From contig OZ024741.1 of NCBI GenBank assembly GCA_964016885.1, forward strand, positions 106,516,001 to 106,580,000: DNA of 64,000 nt, read 5' to 3'. Source of the DNA: Eledone cirrhosa (Eukaryota). Below are positions 31,952 through 46,006 of this stretch, in pieces. The translations under genes and the position numbers were made by a program. Position 1 is the stretch's first letter; each line of letters begins with the position of its first letter. The notes beneath the pieces were generated by a model. It was not told the DNA's origin. It did not search any database and saw only the letters and a list, made by a program, of their open reading frames with translations.

Positions 31952-32340
31952 ATGGTTTCTGATTTAAGCACAAAGCCAAACATTTTTTGTGTGTTGATGG
32001 GAGTCGATTAAATCGACCCCAGTACGCTACTAGTACTTTATTTTACCGAGGATGAAAGACAAAGCTGATCTTCGCAGGGTTTTCACTCACAACGTACAGG
32101 ACCGTAACTCAGTGACCACCTTAAATAATGGTTTCTAATTGAAGCACAATGCCAGCAATTTTTGGGGAAGAGAAAGTCGATTAAATCGGCTCCAGGGTAT
32201 TACTGGTACTTTATTTTATCGACCCCGTAAGGATGAAAAGCAAAGCTAATCTCTTCGGGATTTGAACTTAGAAAATAAAGAGCCCTAACTCTATGCCACG
32301 AAACAGTGTGTCCGACGCTCTATCGATATCGCCAATCCTC
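31952..32340 (-). mobile_element. Two degenerate SINE A copies
   Basis: Reverse complement of the family A consensus. Confidence 0.75.
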
Positions 32341-32604
32341 CGGATAAAACAACAGCAATAACAGTACCAGTGCTGTTACGAATCACCTGCTCAACCATCA
32401 ACATAATCATATTCCTTCTCGTAATGAACATAATCATCATTACTACAAACATATTCGCCATGGCTACTATACAATCTAAACTATGAGTTCCAGAGTGAGC
32501 GTCAGATGTAAAGTGTTCAAGAAAAAGATATGAAAAAGATATTTAGACGAATAACTAAGCGATACTGAGTGAAATCACGAATATATATATATATATATGA
32601 CCAA

Positions 32605-32708
<104 letters not shown>

Positions 32709-32716
32709 GCTCTCGC

Positions 32717-32768
<52 letters not shown>

Positions 32769-32904
32769 CGGAATAGGCAGACCTAGAAAAACCTGGGACG
32801 AGCTGATAAACTCCGACCTCACACACTTACACCTCTCCAAGACAATGTCACTGGACCGAGACCTTTGGCGGTACTCAGTAACAGAGAAGACCCGCCTTAC
32901 CTAA
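32769..32904 (+). pseudogene. RTE LINE extreme 3' fragment
   Basis: GRPRKTWDELINSDL..DRDLWR. Confidence 0.7.
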
Positions 32905-33004
32905 ATACATAGTAAAACCTACTACAGCCAGTAGGCATCTCTAACAAAATACACCCCCGTCCCACCCCCACCCCATCCACACCACCCCCTTCTATGTAAA
33001 GTTA

Positions 33005-33297
33005 TGTCGGTGCCACGCCATCCAGGCCGAAACAAATGAGATCGTGTAGGTGTCACGACAAAAAAACACACAGTCCACGCTGTAATGTGGCCGTGTAGGC
33101 AACACGGTAAAAACCTCCCAGACCCACACTGTAAATGTGGCTGGTGTTAGGAAGGGCATCCAACTGTAGAAAACCTGCCAGACAGTCCTATGCGAGCAAA
33201 ACAATCACTCTTGCCTCAAGTGGGAATACCCCCGTCCAAACCCATGCAATCGTGGAACACGGACGTTAAACGTTGATGATGATGATGATGATGATGT
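33005..33297 (+). mobile_element. RTE-related SINE 3' part with (GAT)n tail
   Basis: ggtgttaggaagggcatccaactgtagaaa..acccatgc..ggacgttaaacg(ttga)(tga)n. Confidence 0.6.
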
Positions 33298-34027
33298 ATA
33301 TATGTATATATAACTGTATATCTATCTATGTATCTGTCTGTGTATCTATCTGCATAAATACACAAAAGTATGTGCACGTACATTTGTAAGTATGTGTGTT
33401 CGTGTGTACATTTGTACAACGAAGCGACTATAACTATAACCAGACAAGCAGATATATATATATATATATATATATAATAACTTGTGTGTTACACCTCTAT
33501 TCTTTTAACTATATATATATATATATATATAGATAGACAGAATGTAAGAGGCAGAGTTAAGGAGACATACATTATAACAATATAAAATGGCGCCAGCGTA
33601 GATGGAAAGGGAGCGGGAAGAGTGAAGACATAGTTATAACGATTGGTGATATTCTAATTCCTGGTTCGCGTGCCTCCTTCATATAAATCAACCACAAGGG
33701 GCGTGAAAGTACATGATCTACACACGTTCAGTGCGTGTGTCGACGTATTTATTATCACTGTTGTGGTGCAACGGGAACGTGGCAGGTTCAACCAGGTTCT
33801 TAGGATGACGACCGCAGTCCCTAATTCCAACTGTTATCACAATGTCATTTTTTAAAATACTCTTTCAGTCTCTCTCTCTCCTTCTTTCTCCCCCCTCTCT
33901 CTTCCTCTCTCTCTCTCTCTCTGTATCTCTCTCACTCTCTCACTCTCTCTTTCTCAGTATCTCAGTCAGTTATTCTCTCTCTATCTATTCCATTTTATTT
34001 TCATGTCTACTTTTGCCTACACACATA

Positions 34028-34074
<47 letters not shown>

Positions 34075-34556
34075 GTGTACGTCTGAGTGTGTGTGTGCGT
34101 GCGTGTGTGTGTGTGTGTGTGTGTGTTCGAATGGTTTTCTCCAGTATTTTCAAATCTCACTAGCTGTCTCTCTCACTCTTACTCTCCCTCCTCCTCTCTC
34201 ACTCTTACTTTCTCTCTCGCCCCCCCCCCCCCCCTCTCCTCCTCCTCTCTCTCTGTCTCCTGTCGTAAATACTGTTTCTATATTGGGCAATAATTATCAT
34301 TTAACAACTTTCTTATTCTTTACCTCATTATTTCACTTTATGTCTGCCAGACTGACGTGTTATTATATGTTCGCTCTCCTGTTTGTGTAAGTCTCTATAT
34401 GTAAATGTATACACAGACACACACAGACACACACAGACACACACATACACACACACATATATATGCACATATAAACACATGCTCATAAACATATATTTAT
34501 ATGTATATGTATATATATATATACATATATATACATACACAGATATAAATATATTT

Positions 34557-34603
<47 letters not shown>

Positions 34604-35044
34604 ACCTAGGTTAGATTGGGAGTTACTAGTTTAGACTAGTATGACCATTGTTCATCAAAGTACTGATGCTAATGAAAGTAGAGTGTAGGTATTAAAAAGC
34701 GTCAGTGCCCAATGGTTGAGCTCTTGCCATTTCGACGGCGATTGGATAATTGATTTCCAAACCCCGTGCCTTCTAGGGCGGGTTCTAATTTGATCGACGT
34801 GTTGGGTAAGTGGAGGAATGGGTGAAGTAGTGTTTGGAACCTTCACCCTAACTCCTAACACTGACCTTAACATTAGCTTTAACTGTACTACTAACCCTAA
34901 CTCTAACACTAACTTTAACCCTAACCCTCTTACTCAGTAATTTATTGATTACTGGGTGCTTTACCAATATTAGTACTCTGTCCTATAGCAGAGTATATAT
35001 ATTAAGTATGACACGACGAAATTTACCATTAAAACGTGTTTATT

Positions 35045-35125
35045 GAATATCGACCGTTAAGTACGTTTCCCAGATGACTGATCTTGAGTCAACCATCTGT
35101 GAAACGTACGTAATGGTCGATATTC
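35045..35125. mobile_element. Fold-back palindrome centred on hammerhead helix II (family H-gcagat)
   Basis: gaatatcgacc..tacgtttcccagatg / catctgt-GAAAC-gtac-GTA..ggtcgatattc. Confidence 0.7.
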
Positions 35126-35228
35126 TATCAAAAAAAAACATTTTTATTCTGATCTGTCTTCTGATAGCTTCGTTGACATATACATATAATAAGAATAACA
35201 CGACCAAATTTCATACGAATGTTTTTAT

Positions 35229-35334
35229 TAATTAAAACCAGTTAGGAACGTTTCACAGATGATTGGCTCAAGGTCCATACTTGTGTTATAGATCCGACTC
35301 CAGCATTAATCTGCTCATCAGACTTGTTAATCAA
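35229..35334 (-). ncRNA. Type I hammerhead with long helix II, mutated at the cleavage triplet
   Basis: agt-CTGATGA-gcagat..atctgt-GAAAC-gttc-CTA-act; homologous to 42993-43098. Confidence 0.7.
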
Positions 35335-35357
35335 GCAAAAAAAAAAAAAAAAAAAAT

Positions 35358-35518
35358 CAGGTAAAGAGAAACTCCGAGTAGCGACTCACGAAGACTAGAA
35401 TTTCAATAAATTTTAATCTATAAAGCAGTGAAAATTATTCAATACCGTAGTAGTGTAGATTAAAAGTTATTGAAATCCGAGTCTTCGTGAGTCACTACTC
35501 GGAGTTTCTCTTTACCTG
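35358..35518. repeat. Inverted repeat with ~65-bp arms
   Basis: caggtaaagagaaactccgagtagcgactcacgaagact.. / ..agtcttcgtgagtcactactcggagtttctctttacctg. Confidence 0.8.
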
Positions 35519-35552
35519 TCCTCACAACACACGTACACACACTCTTTCTTTC

Positions 35553-35615
<63 letters not shown>

Positions 35616-35814
35616 TACACACACAAATAAATATCAATTAATTGATAATAGCTATTCCTTCATTGTAGAATTGTTTTAGGCGGCTTTTTGCTGCTATTGC
35701 TAGCATCATTAAAAGCCTGTCGTATTGTCCTAATATATTTAGTGAGATTTGTTCATTTAGTAGTTCAATAAAGCAGCGTGTTGAACATCACACTGTTTTC
35801 GACAAAGAAATAGT

Positions 35815-36135
35815 CTCTCTTTACTCTTTTACTCTTTTACCTGTTCCAGCCATCCGGCTGAAGCCATGCTGGGGCACCCCCCCCTTTTTGTTACACATTC
35901 TACCTCTAGCCTGTGTTGGCTAGCCATTGGTGTAAGAGGGAGTTTGTTGTTGCTGCCCTTAGGTTATCTTCGTGCTGTGCTATGGGCTCATCCGGGATCC
36001 TCGATAACAGAGTGTCAAGATGTTTCTTGAAAACATCCACATCCACACCGTGCAGATCTCTCAAATTTCTTGGCAGCTTGTTGAATAGTTTGAACCCCAG
36101 GCTATTGCAATATCTGCTCCTTATACTAGATGTGA
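35815..36135 (-). pseudogene. CR1-clade LINE 3' fragment with (GTAAAAGA)n tail
   Basis: Minus strand LFNKLPRNLRDLHGVDVDVFKKHLDTLLSRIPDEP..RAATTNSLLHQ, then gtgccccagcatggc..gtaaaagagtaaaagag. Confidence 0.75.
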
Positions 36136-36344
36136 AAGTCTGTATACTGAATGATCAAAATCTCTTCTTGTTCCAAAGAATTTCTCCCCAGACCAAAGAT
36201 AATGTTCTTCCAATGTTCTCCCAATATTGGTTGTTCCAATGATTTGAAATAATTAATATTGATTCTTTTATTGTTGAAATTATTGGTGAGCTAAATAGGT
36301 GAGCTAGATTTAATTATTAAAAGGCAATCATATTTCTACCTATA

Positions 36345-37390
36345 TCTGACCCTTCCCCGTCACCTTTCTCTCTATATCCCACCCAATTCCCCTACCACTA
36401 TCATTGTCCCTATATCCCACCCAAACACCACAACCATCTTTCTCCCCTTATCTTACCCTATCCCCACCACCTTTCTTCCCTTATATCACCCAATACCCCA
36501 CCACCTTCCTCCCTATATCCCACCAATCCCCCACCACCACCTGTCTCCCTATACCCCACCAATCCCCCCACCACCTGTCTCCCTATGCCCCACCAATCCT
36601 CCCCACCACCTTCCTCCCTATATCCCACCAATCCCTCCACCACCTGTCTCCCTATACCCCCCACCTGTCTCCCTATATCCCACCAATCCCCCCACCGCCT
36701 TTCTCCCTATATCCCACCAATCCCTCCACCACCTGTCTCCCTATACCCCCCACCTGTCTCCCTATATCCCACCAATCCTCCCACCGCCTTTCTCCCTATA
36801 TCCCACCAATCCCCCCCTTGCCCCCCCCATCCTCCCTATATCCCCCCAATCCCCCCCCCATCTGTCTCCCTATATCCCACCAATCCCCCCAACACCTTTC
36901 TCGCTATATTCCACCAATCCCCCCCACCACCTTCCTCCCTATATCCCACCAACCCCCCACCACCTTCCTCCCTATATCCCACCAATCCCTCCACCAGCTG
37001 TCTCCCTATACCCCCCACCTGTCTCCCTATATCCCACCAATCCCCCCAGCACCTTTCTCGCTATATTCCACCAATCCCGCCACCACCTTTCTCCCTATAT
37101 CCCCCAATCACCCCACCACCTTTCTCCCTATATACAACATTACCCCCACCACCATCTTTCTCCCTATATCCCCATCCATCCCACCACCACCTTTCTCCCT
37201 ATATCCCCCAACCCCCCACCTTTCCCCCCACCTTTCTCCCTATATCGACCTACCCCCCACCACCATCATTGTCCCTATATCTCACCCATCCCCCACCACC
37301 ATCTTTCTCCCTATTCTCCCTCCTCCCGCCACCACCTTTCTCCTTATAACCCTACTAACCCCTGCCATCTCTCACCCCTTATATCCCAAT
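36345..37390. repeat. C-rich ~30-35 bp minisatellite
   Basis: Unit approximately ccacctttctccctatatcccaccaatcccc. Confidence 0.9.
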
Positions 37391-37616
37391 ATTGAGTTAT
37401 ATCTTCTTAAGGTCTAAATGTCCCCTATAAAAATGATATTAACTCAACTATGTTTACTGGTTCTATGTTGGTTGAGTGACAGCTACAATTTTACCAGAAA
37501 CCCACCTCTTGTCTTATATATATATATATATATATATGTGCGTGTATATATATATGTATATATATATATATATATGTATACATATATATATATATATGTG
37601 CGTGTATATATATATG

Positions 37617-37649
<33 letters not shown>

Positions 37650-37686
37650 TTATATATATATATGTATATATATATATATGTATATA

Positions 37687-37738
<52 letters not shown>

Positions 37739-37924
37739 CATATATCTATATATTTATTTATATCTGTATATACATAAATGCGTATATACAATAACGCATG
37801 CAAACATACTAGATAAGACTGGATTTTCTGGTAAAATTGAATATATATAAATATTATAAACATACAAGCACATACATCACATTTACATACGTATACATAG
37901 TTAGATATATATATATACACATAG

Positions 37925-37992
<68 letters not shown>

Positions 37993-38007
37993 ATATATAT
38001 CTATCTA

Positions 38008-38065
<58 letters not shown>

Positions 38066-38135
38066 CATACATAAAAATGTAGAAATAAATTCTATCTATT
38101 TCTCCCCCACCCCTCTCTCTATCTCTCTCTCTATA

Positions 38136-38207
<72 letters not shown>

Positions 38208-38295
38208 AATATATATATATATATTCCTGCTATGTCAAGCGTTAACCTAATATATCCCTGTACCGATCGTGTTGTTATTTCTGTTTACCTTTTAC

Positions 38296-38443
<148 letters not shown>

Positions 38444-38485
38444 ATATATATATATATATTTGTATGTAAAAGGTAAACAGAAATA

Positions 38486-38621
<136 letters not shown>

Positions 38622-38644
38622 GCATATATATATATATATATATG

Positions 38645-38769
<125 letters not shown>

Positions 38770-39037
38770 TATAAATATATAACACTTTTAAACAGATTTT
38801 CTCTTTGATAGTTACAATTTTAGGTTTTACTTAACCCATTATTGTATCAATTATTTTCTTGTTGCTAAAACATTATTAAACACACTCGCTATCACTTCTT
38901 CCTCCTTCTCCTCCTCACCATCATCATCATCGACAACGTCGTAGTCGTGGTCGTCATCCTCGTCAATTTCTCTTCCGTAACACGACCTAGATGTCAAATA
39001 TGAAAACAATTCTCATTAATTCATCAATATAAATATG

Positions 39038-39301
<264 letters not shown>

Positions 39302-39386
39302 TATATATATATACATATATATATATGTATATGTATATATATATATATGTATATATATATACATATATATATATATGTATATATAT

Positions 39387-39433
<47 letters not shown>

Positions 39434-39513
39434 ATATAATGAGCGTAACCGAAGTTTCAGCCGCACTCTAGCAGATGCTCATGGAATATATATACTGTAT
39501 ATATATATATATC

Positions 39514-39678
39514 AAACCGAGCATTATAATAAATGTTCGGTAAATCCATACGTACATATATATATGTGTGCATGTATGTATGTATATACATTCTACAGTA
39601 CGTCTGTATACATATATGTATGTACGTATACATACTTATATTTAAGTATCAGCCGTACTAAGAGTGAGAATTTTTACC

Positions 39679-39723
<45 letters not shown>

Positions 39724-39738
39724 CATAAATATAAATAT

Positions 39739-39786
<48 letters not shown>

Positions 39787-40250
39787 CGTAAAATTGTAGA
39801 AATCTCAAATGCAGAAATAGCTTTAAAACAGCCATAAAAGGTTTTGGGATTCCTACAATTTTACGAAATATTTACAGATAATATACCGAGTGAGAAATGA
39901 AATTTCATTTATCGTTTTCGGTACGCCCGACCGACTAACTCACTCGATATGCAAATTAGACTGCTCAGCTGTTAATATGCATAAGGAAAGTATATACTTT
40001 TAAACGTTCAATCAACTGACAGGAAGGTATACGGTGCTGACGATAGCTAATAAGCTAGAAACTAGTTCATCGTTCCTTTGTCAGTGTTGAACAAACTGGC
40101 AACGATGGTTGCCGAACACTGTACAAACAAACCGAGCATTGTAATAAATGTTCGGTAAGCCCATACGTACATATATATATGTGTGTGCATGTATGTATGT
40201 ATGTATGTATATACATACTACTGTACGTCTGTATACATATATGTATGTAC

Positions 40251-40252
<2 letters not shown>
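39514..40252 (+). mobile_element. Retrozyme-like 430-nt unit, copy 1 (interrupted)
   Basis: Collinear with 52676-53177 in a different circular permutation; broken by (TA)n and a hairpin at 39673-39887. Confidence 0.8.
40031..40073 (+). ncRNA. Minimal type I hammerhead
   Basis: acggtg-CTGACGA-tagct-aata-agcta-GAAAC-ta-GTT-catcgt. Confidence 0.8.
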
Positions 40253-40337
<85 letters not shown>

Positions 40338-40352
40338 TATATATATGTATAA

Positions 40353-40396
<44 letters not shown>

Positions 40397-40703
40397 CATG
40401 ATGAGTAACTGTAAGTTACTCTCAATAATCTATTTTTTCTTCCTCTTTCTCTACCCTTCTCTATGTATCAATTTGTCTACCTATCTATCTGTCTATCTAT
40501 CTATTTAACTGTGTGTATATATGAATACATGGATTGATTGATGTATGCATGTATGCGTGTATGTATATATTTATATATGTATATATGTATGTGTGTATGT
40601 GTTTGTGTATGCCCGTCTATGTATGTCTATATCTTGCTCTTTATATGTGTGTGTATGCGTATACATATCTTTATATATTTTGTATGGATATATATATATA
40701 TAT

Positions 40704-40788
<85 letters not shown>

Positions 40789-40819
40789 CACGTGTATGTG
40801 TGTGTGTAGCTGGCTCTGC

Positions 40820-40980
40820 ACGCTCATACACTATATCGGTTCTACGAAACACCAACTGCATAACAGAATACTCGAACATTTTCAAAAACTGACGTCTCAG
40901 AGCGTAGTGTTTCAAAGCCAGGATAAAATAGAATAATATTGTCTGATGAAGGAATATAATCCGAAACTGCTCACTATCAA
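40820..40980 (+). mobile_element. Penelope-like 3' remnant: GIY-YIG fragment plus degenerate minimal hammerhead
   Basis: [17 protein letters not shown], then attgt-CTGATGA-a-gga-atataa-tcc-GAAAC-tg-CTC-actat (40938-40977). Confidence 0.7.
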
Positions 40981-41737
40981 GTATCCCATACTAACCCAGT
41001 AACAAGGCTCGTGTCTGTAGCCACGTGATCGTTCACGGTAACTATATTAACACTAATCTTAATTCTAAACTTAACTCTAACCCTATTTTTAATTCTAACA
41101 TTATCTCTCACACATTCCACACTCATCTTTCTACACTTCTACTTTCACATAAACGAACAATAAAACACAGAACTTATACCGTTTTCAAATAGGTATCTCG
41201 GTTACTGTATTTTATTATAGTCTAGCTTCTCCCTTTCAACTCTCTGTAGTTTACTCTTCTTACCTTGCGTCGAACCGCGCGCACTACAAAGAAAGAAACA
41301 CACAAATAAAAAGCTGTAGAACCCACTATACATACAAATATGTTGCTTGAGATACACAAACGATTATAAACATATATAAGGGTTTGAAAAGCACACCTTG
41401 TATATATATATATATATATATCTATAAAAGGTCTTTATAACATGTACAAAATTTGATGTTGTTTAACAAAGCTTGCTTTCTCCGAGCTGGATTATCAAAA
41501 CATAAGATTTGTTATTGGGTTAAAATGTTTATTCTCGTTAAAACTCATGTATGATAATTCTCGACCATATTTGTTTGGGTCGCTTCTGTCCTTGCTAAAA
41601 TAAGGGATACCACTGATTTTTTTGTTGTCGCTTGTGTGTAGAAAAATTATAATCTGTGTAGAAAGATGAGTGTTAAAAATTATGTTGCAAGTGAGTTCAA
41701 TTGTGGTTTGAATTTTCCGATTAAGATTTTCTTTTTA

Positions 41738-41776
<39 letters not shown>

Positions 41777-41834
41777 TATTTACGTATGTGTGTGACTGTA
41801 AGCATGTGTGTAAATGTATGCATTTATGTATTTA

Positions 41835-42575
41835 CTAGTAGCAGTATCCAGCGTTGCCTGGGTAGGTAAATAATATCTGCTTTGATGAAAAGGTGTTGAT
41901 CTTAGCGACTACTTCTCGATGACTCATCTATGGCCACACACAGGCCATGCGGGGGAGGGTGGTGATGACCTCTATCACTGAGAAACGCGGGTGACTGACA
42001 AAGGGGCATGCTAGGGGAGGGAGTTTCGAATTTGAACGAAATCGGTTGAAAAATGTGGGAGCTAGAGCCGAAAAGGCGGAAATTTGAGCGAAAAGGTGGT
42101 ATTTTCGAATATTTAAGCAGCTGCCACGCCGTTCCTGAACAAAAAATAATCCAAAATGTAAAGCCACTTTAAGACGTGAAATAATCAGATCTAGCGTAGT
42201 GTAAAATTTGAACAAAGTAGGTTGATTAATGTGGGAGCTAGAGCCGAAGTGTGGAAATTTGAGTCTAAAAGTGGTATTTTTGAATATTTAAGCGGCTACC
42301 ACGCCGTCCCTGAACAACAAATGCAAAATATTACAGGATGTGCAATGATAAATTCTATTTTGCTTTAAAATTTGAACGAAATCGGTGGCAAAATGTGGGA
42401 TCTAGAGCCCAAAATCTTATTTTTCGATACCTAAAAAAAGGTGACCCCCCCCCCCCCCCCATCGATTTTTATCTGCAGAATGACCCCGGAATAAAAAAAA
42501 CGATGACTAATCTATGAGCCTGTAAAGTTTCATGAAAATCGGTCGTAAGATGTAGGCCCCTATAGGTAATACACA

Positions 42576-42666
<91 letters not shown>

Positions 42667-42685
42667 AATTTTATATATATACAGA
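41835..42685 (-). mobile_element. Non-autonomous Helitron
   Basis: Minus strand starts TC (atctgtatatata), has (TG)n near the 5' end and internal aaatttgaacgaaatcgg duplications. It ends with hairpin cccaggcaacgctgga and CTAG, between A and T. Confidence 0.75.
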
Positions 42686-42746
42686 TGTATGTATGTATAT
42701 ATATTTGTATATGTATATATATATATATATAGTTTTAATATAGATG

Positions 42747-42797
42747 AGATTCTACAGGACTAGAACTGTTTCATTCTTTAGAAATCATCAGGAATCT
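42747..42797 (-). ncRNA. Type I hammerhead (family H-cag), apparently intact
   Basis: agattc-CTGATGA-tttc-taaa-gaat-GAAACAG-ttctagtc-CTGTA-gaatct; predicted cut between 42753 and 42752. Confidence 0.8.
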
Positions 42798-42992
42798 TAA
42801 AACTTTTATACTCTGCAATGTATTGAGTACCTTACTTACTGTGGTTACTTCCGATTCAACCCGGAATTACGTATATATATATATATATATATACACATTT
42901 AAATATAAAGTACTTCAGGGGATTCGTGGTTTACTGAGGAAGACAAAGTGTATATATTAAAAACGAAGCGAGGTTTCACAGTAAGGTCTTTA

Positions 42993-43098
42993 TTGACTAT
43001 ACACAGTTACGAACGTTTCACAGATGGATGGCTCAGGATCTATTTAACTGCCATAGACCCGACTCCGGTCTGATCTGCTCATCAGACTTGTTAGTCAA
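42993..43098 (-). ncRNA. Type I hammerhead with extended helix II, apparently intact
   Basis: ttgactaacaagt-CTGATGA-gcagat..atctgt-GAAAC-gttc-GTA-actgtgtatagtcaa; predicted cut between 43008 and 43007. Confidence 0.8.
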
Positions 43099-43445
43099 GT
43101 AAAACCAAACTCTCATCTCATGCTTCAATCCTGGAATGTCTCTGACCTTCTCATACATGTTACTTCGGCCATTGCCACGTTTCATTTTACATTCATTTAA
43201 ATCAATTAAAACGATTTTCTTCCAAATTTTTTTTAATTATCGATAACTTTATTCATCTTCTCTCCTTCTTGTACTTTCTTTCGTTCTCTCTCTCCCTCTT
43301 TATCTATCTTTCCCCTCACCTCTTTTAATGAACATAAAGATTCCACAGAAAAACGTAGCCGCGAACTACGGGGGATAGAGGGAGTGGGGCAGAGAAATTG
43401 AGAGAGACAGAGAGAGCGAATGAAAGAAAGAAGGAGTGAAAAAAA

Positions 43446-43496
<51 letters not shown>

Positions 43497-44365
43497 CAAA
43501 GGAAAAAAGAATGAGAGATAGAGAGAGCAGAATCTAAATATCAAATAAAAAGCGAAGTTGTCCTCGGAAGGATTCGAACTCAAACATGAGAGAAAAGAAG
43601 AAACCACGGAAGTAGTTCTAGCCACCATTCTAACTACAATGTCAACTCGCCAACTAGTTTACCTTAATAGAACAGGTAATATATATACCAGTGATATATT
43701 AGAGTCAATAAAAATGACTATACTCCCAACCTTACAAAATCTGTACTCGGTAATAAATAAATGAATGAATAAAAGAATGACTAACCCCCCCCCCCCCCCC
43801 AAAAAAAAAAAACAAGAACAACAGCTCTATTTTAAATTACTGATGGCAATTTTGTATTGAAAAGTCGATGAGAATGTCAGATACGTAGGATTGCTAAATC
43901 TGGAATTGTGTTGTGTTACACTTGCATAGATTCAAGTGATATTGGTGACAGAGATAAAGCTACCTCACGGTCCGCACCCTCTCCATCATAATTATTGTTA
44001 CTAAAACTTAATGGTATGAAATAGTTATATTCAAGCAGTTCTATACAGCTACAACAATGCTAACACATTCACTTGTTTTAGAAACATATACGTGCAGCTA
44101 TTTTGCCCATTAACATCTATCTTACACATATAAATTGACTTATACTGGTATATAAGTTCATTTAATGGGAAGTCAGCATGTACTTACAATTAAATAAATA
44201 GAAAAGCAAACAGAAAATCTTTCCCCAACTCTCATCCTATATATATATATATATAAATGTATGTATACATGTATACATGCGTATATGTATATGTAAATAT
44301 ATATATATATATATATGTATGCATTTATATATGTATATGTAAATATATATATATATGTATGTAGG

Positions 44366-44431
<66 letters not shown>

Positions 44432-44437
44432 GGTATG

Positions 44438-44533
<96 letters not shown>

Positions 44534-44849
44534 AAACACCCTCCCCAAAACAGTATTTAAAATGTTGAGTTAGCTGAAAAGATGAAGCTTTTAAAAGCTA
44601 GGAAAAAAATGGCGTGGTCTTCTTCTTCTTCTTCTTCTTCTTCTTCTTCTTCTTCTTCTTCTTCTTCTTCTTCTTCTTCTTCTTCTTCTTCTTCTTCTTC
44701 TTCTTCTATTTCATTCACACGGTGTAGAAATTTTATTTTGTTTTATTCTATTTCATTTTAATACGTTCATCTTTCTCGTCCCTTCTCTGCGTGTTTTAGA
44801 ACACCATATAAAACAATCCTATGTTTCTTTCTTTCTTTCTTTCTTTTTT

Positions 44850-44889
<40 letters not shown>

Positions 44890-45684
44890 TCCTTCTTTCT
44901 TGGTTTCTTCTTTGCTTACTTTTCTTTTTTTCACTTTTTTTTTGCGTTAATAACACGGATTAAAACGAGGCTCATTTCCGGTCACGTGCTTCCTTTGTTT
45001 CACAAAAAAAAAAAAAAAAAAAATGGTAAAACTCAAGAAAGTAAGAAAGTATCTCCAGAAAATGGCGTCCGCCTGGCAAGATGAAAACAATAGACATTCC
45101 ATCAAGCGACAGCGTGTGTCAGAGAATTTTTTTTTTATCCGTCCTGGTACTTCCGTATTCACAACTTCTCTCAATAATGCACAAATCTTTACCCGTTTCC
45201 TTATTTTATTTCGAAATAATTTCATTGTTTATTTAGTTGCTTTTGTTTTTTTGTTTTTTATTTTCTTTGCTCTATTTTTCATTTCGTATTTTTTATTCTA
45301 GCACCTTTTGGCGGACAAGTGAGCATAAAACACACACACACACACACACATGATTCTCTCTTTCATCTATCTATCTATCTAGCTATCTATCTTTCTCTCT
45401 CACTCTCTATCTATTTATCTATATACAATTATGCACACATATATTTACACACACATATATGTTATACATACACACACACATTCTCAGCCACATATGCATA
45501 ATACCCACACACATACACACTCATACATATACAGTCATACATCTAGACACATATTCTCTCAGATATATACAAATACACACACACATCATCATTATCATCA
45601 TCTCATACGTATACAATCGTACATATATGCACACACACTGAAACAGAAGCATTTATTTATATATAATTTACTCGAGCAAATACA

Positions 45685-45920
45685 TTTGGTTGCTTGGTTA
45701 AAAATTTCGCTTCTCAAGTACGGCGTTTCGTTTTCAGTCACACTAGTACTTTCTACTATGGAATGACAAATACTTTGTGAATGAAATCTGGTAGACAGAA
45801 ACTGTTCAGAAGTCCTCCGTAAGTATGTTTATATGTGTGTCTGTATTTATGTTGAGATCCCTTAACTGCCAGTCTGTTTAGATCCTGTATGTCAGATCGA
45901 TAAAATAAGTCCCAGACACA
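45685..45920 (+). mobile_element. Degenerate SINE head/body; probable tail at 47078-47162
   Basis: ttctactat..tttgtgaatgaaatctggtagacagaaactg; the tail gctccagcat..ctgaaac..taaaggaata resembles the CR1 3' end at 35815-35880. Confidence 0.45.
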
Positions 45921-45932
45921 AATATATATATG

Positions 45933-46001
<69 letters not shown>

Positions 46002-46006
<5 letters not shown>

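Noticed and set aside
34845-34930. Interstitial telomere (CTAACC-like; also 41045-41100)
   Set aside because: Too short and degenerate; more likely an internal repeat of a dispersed element.
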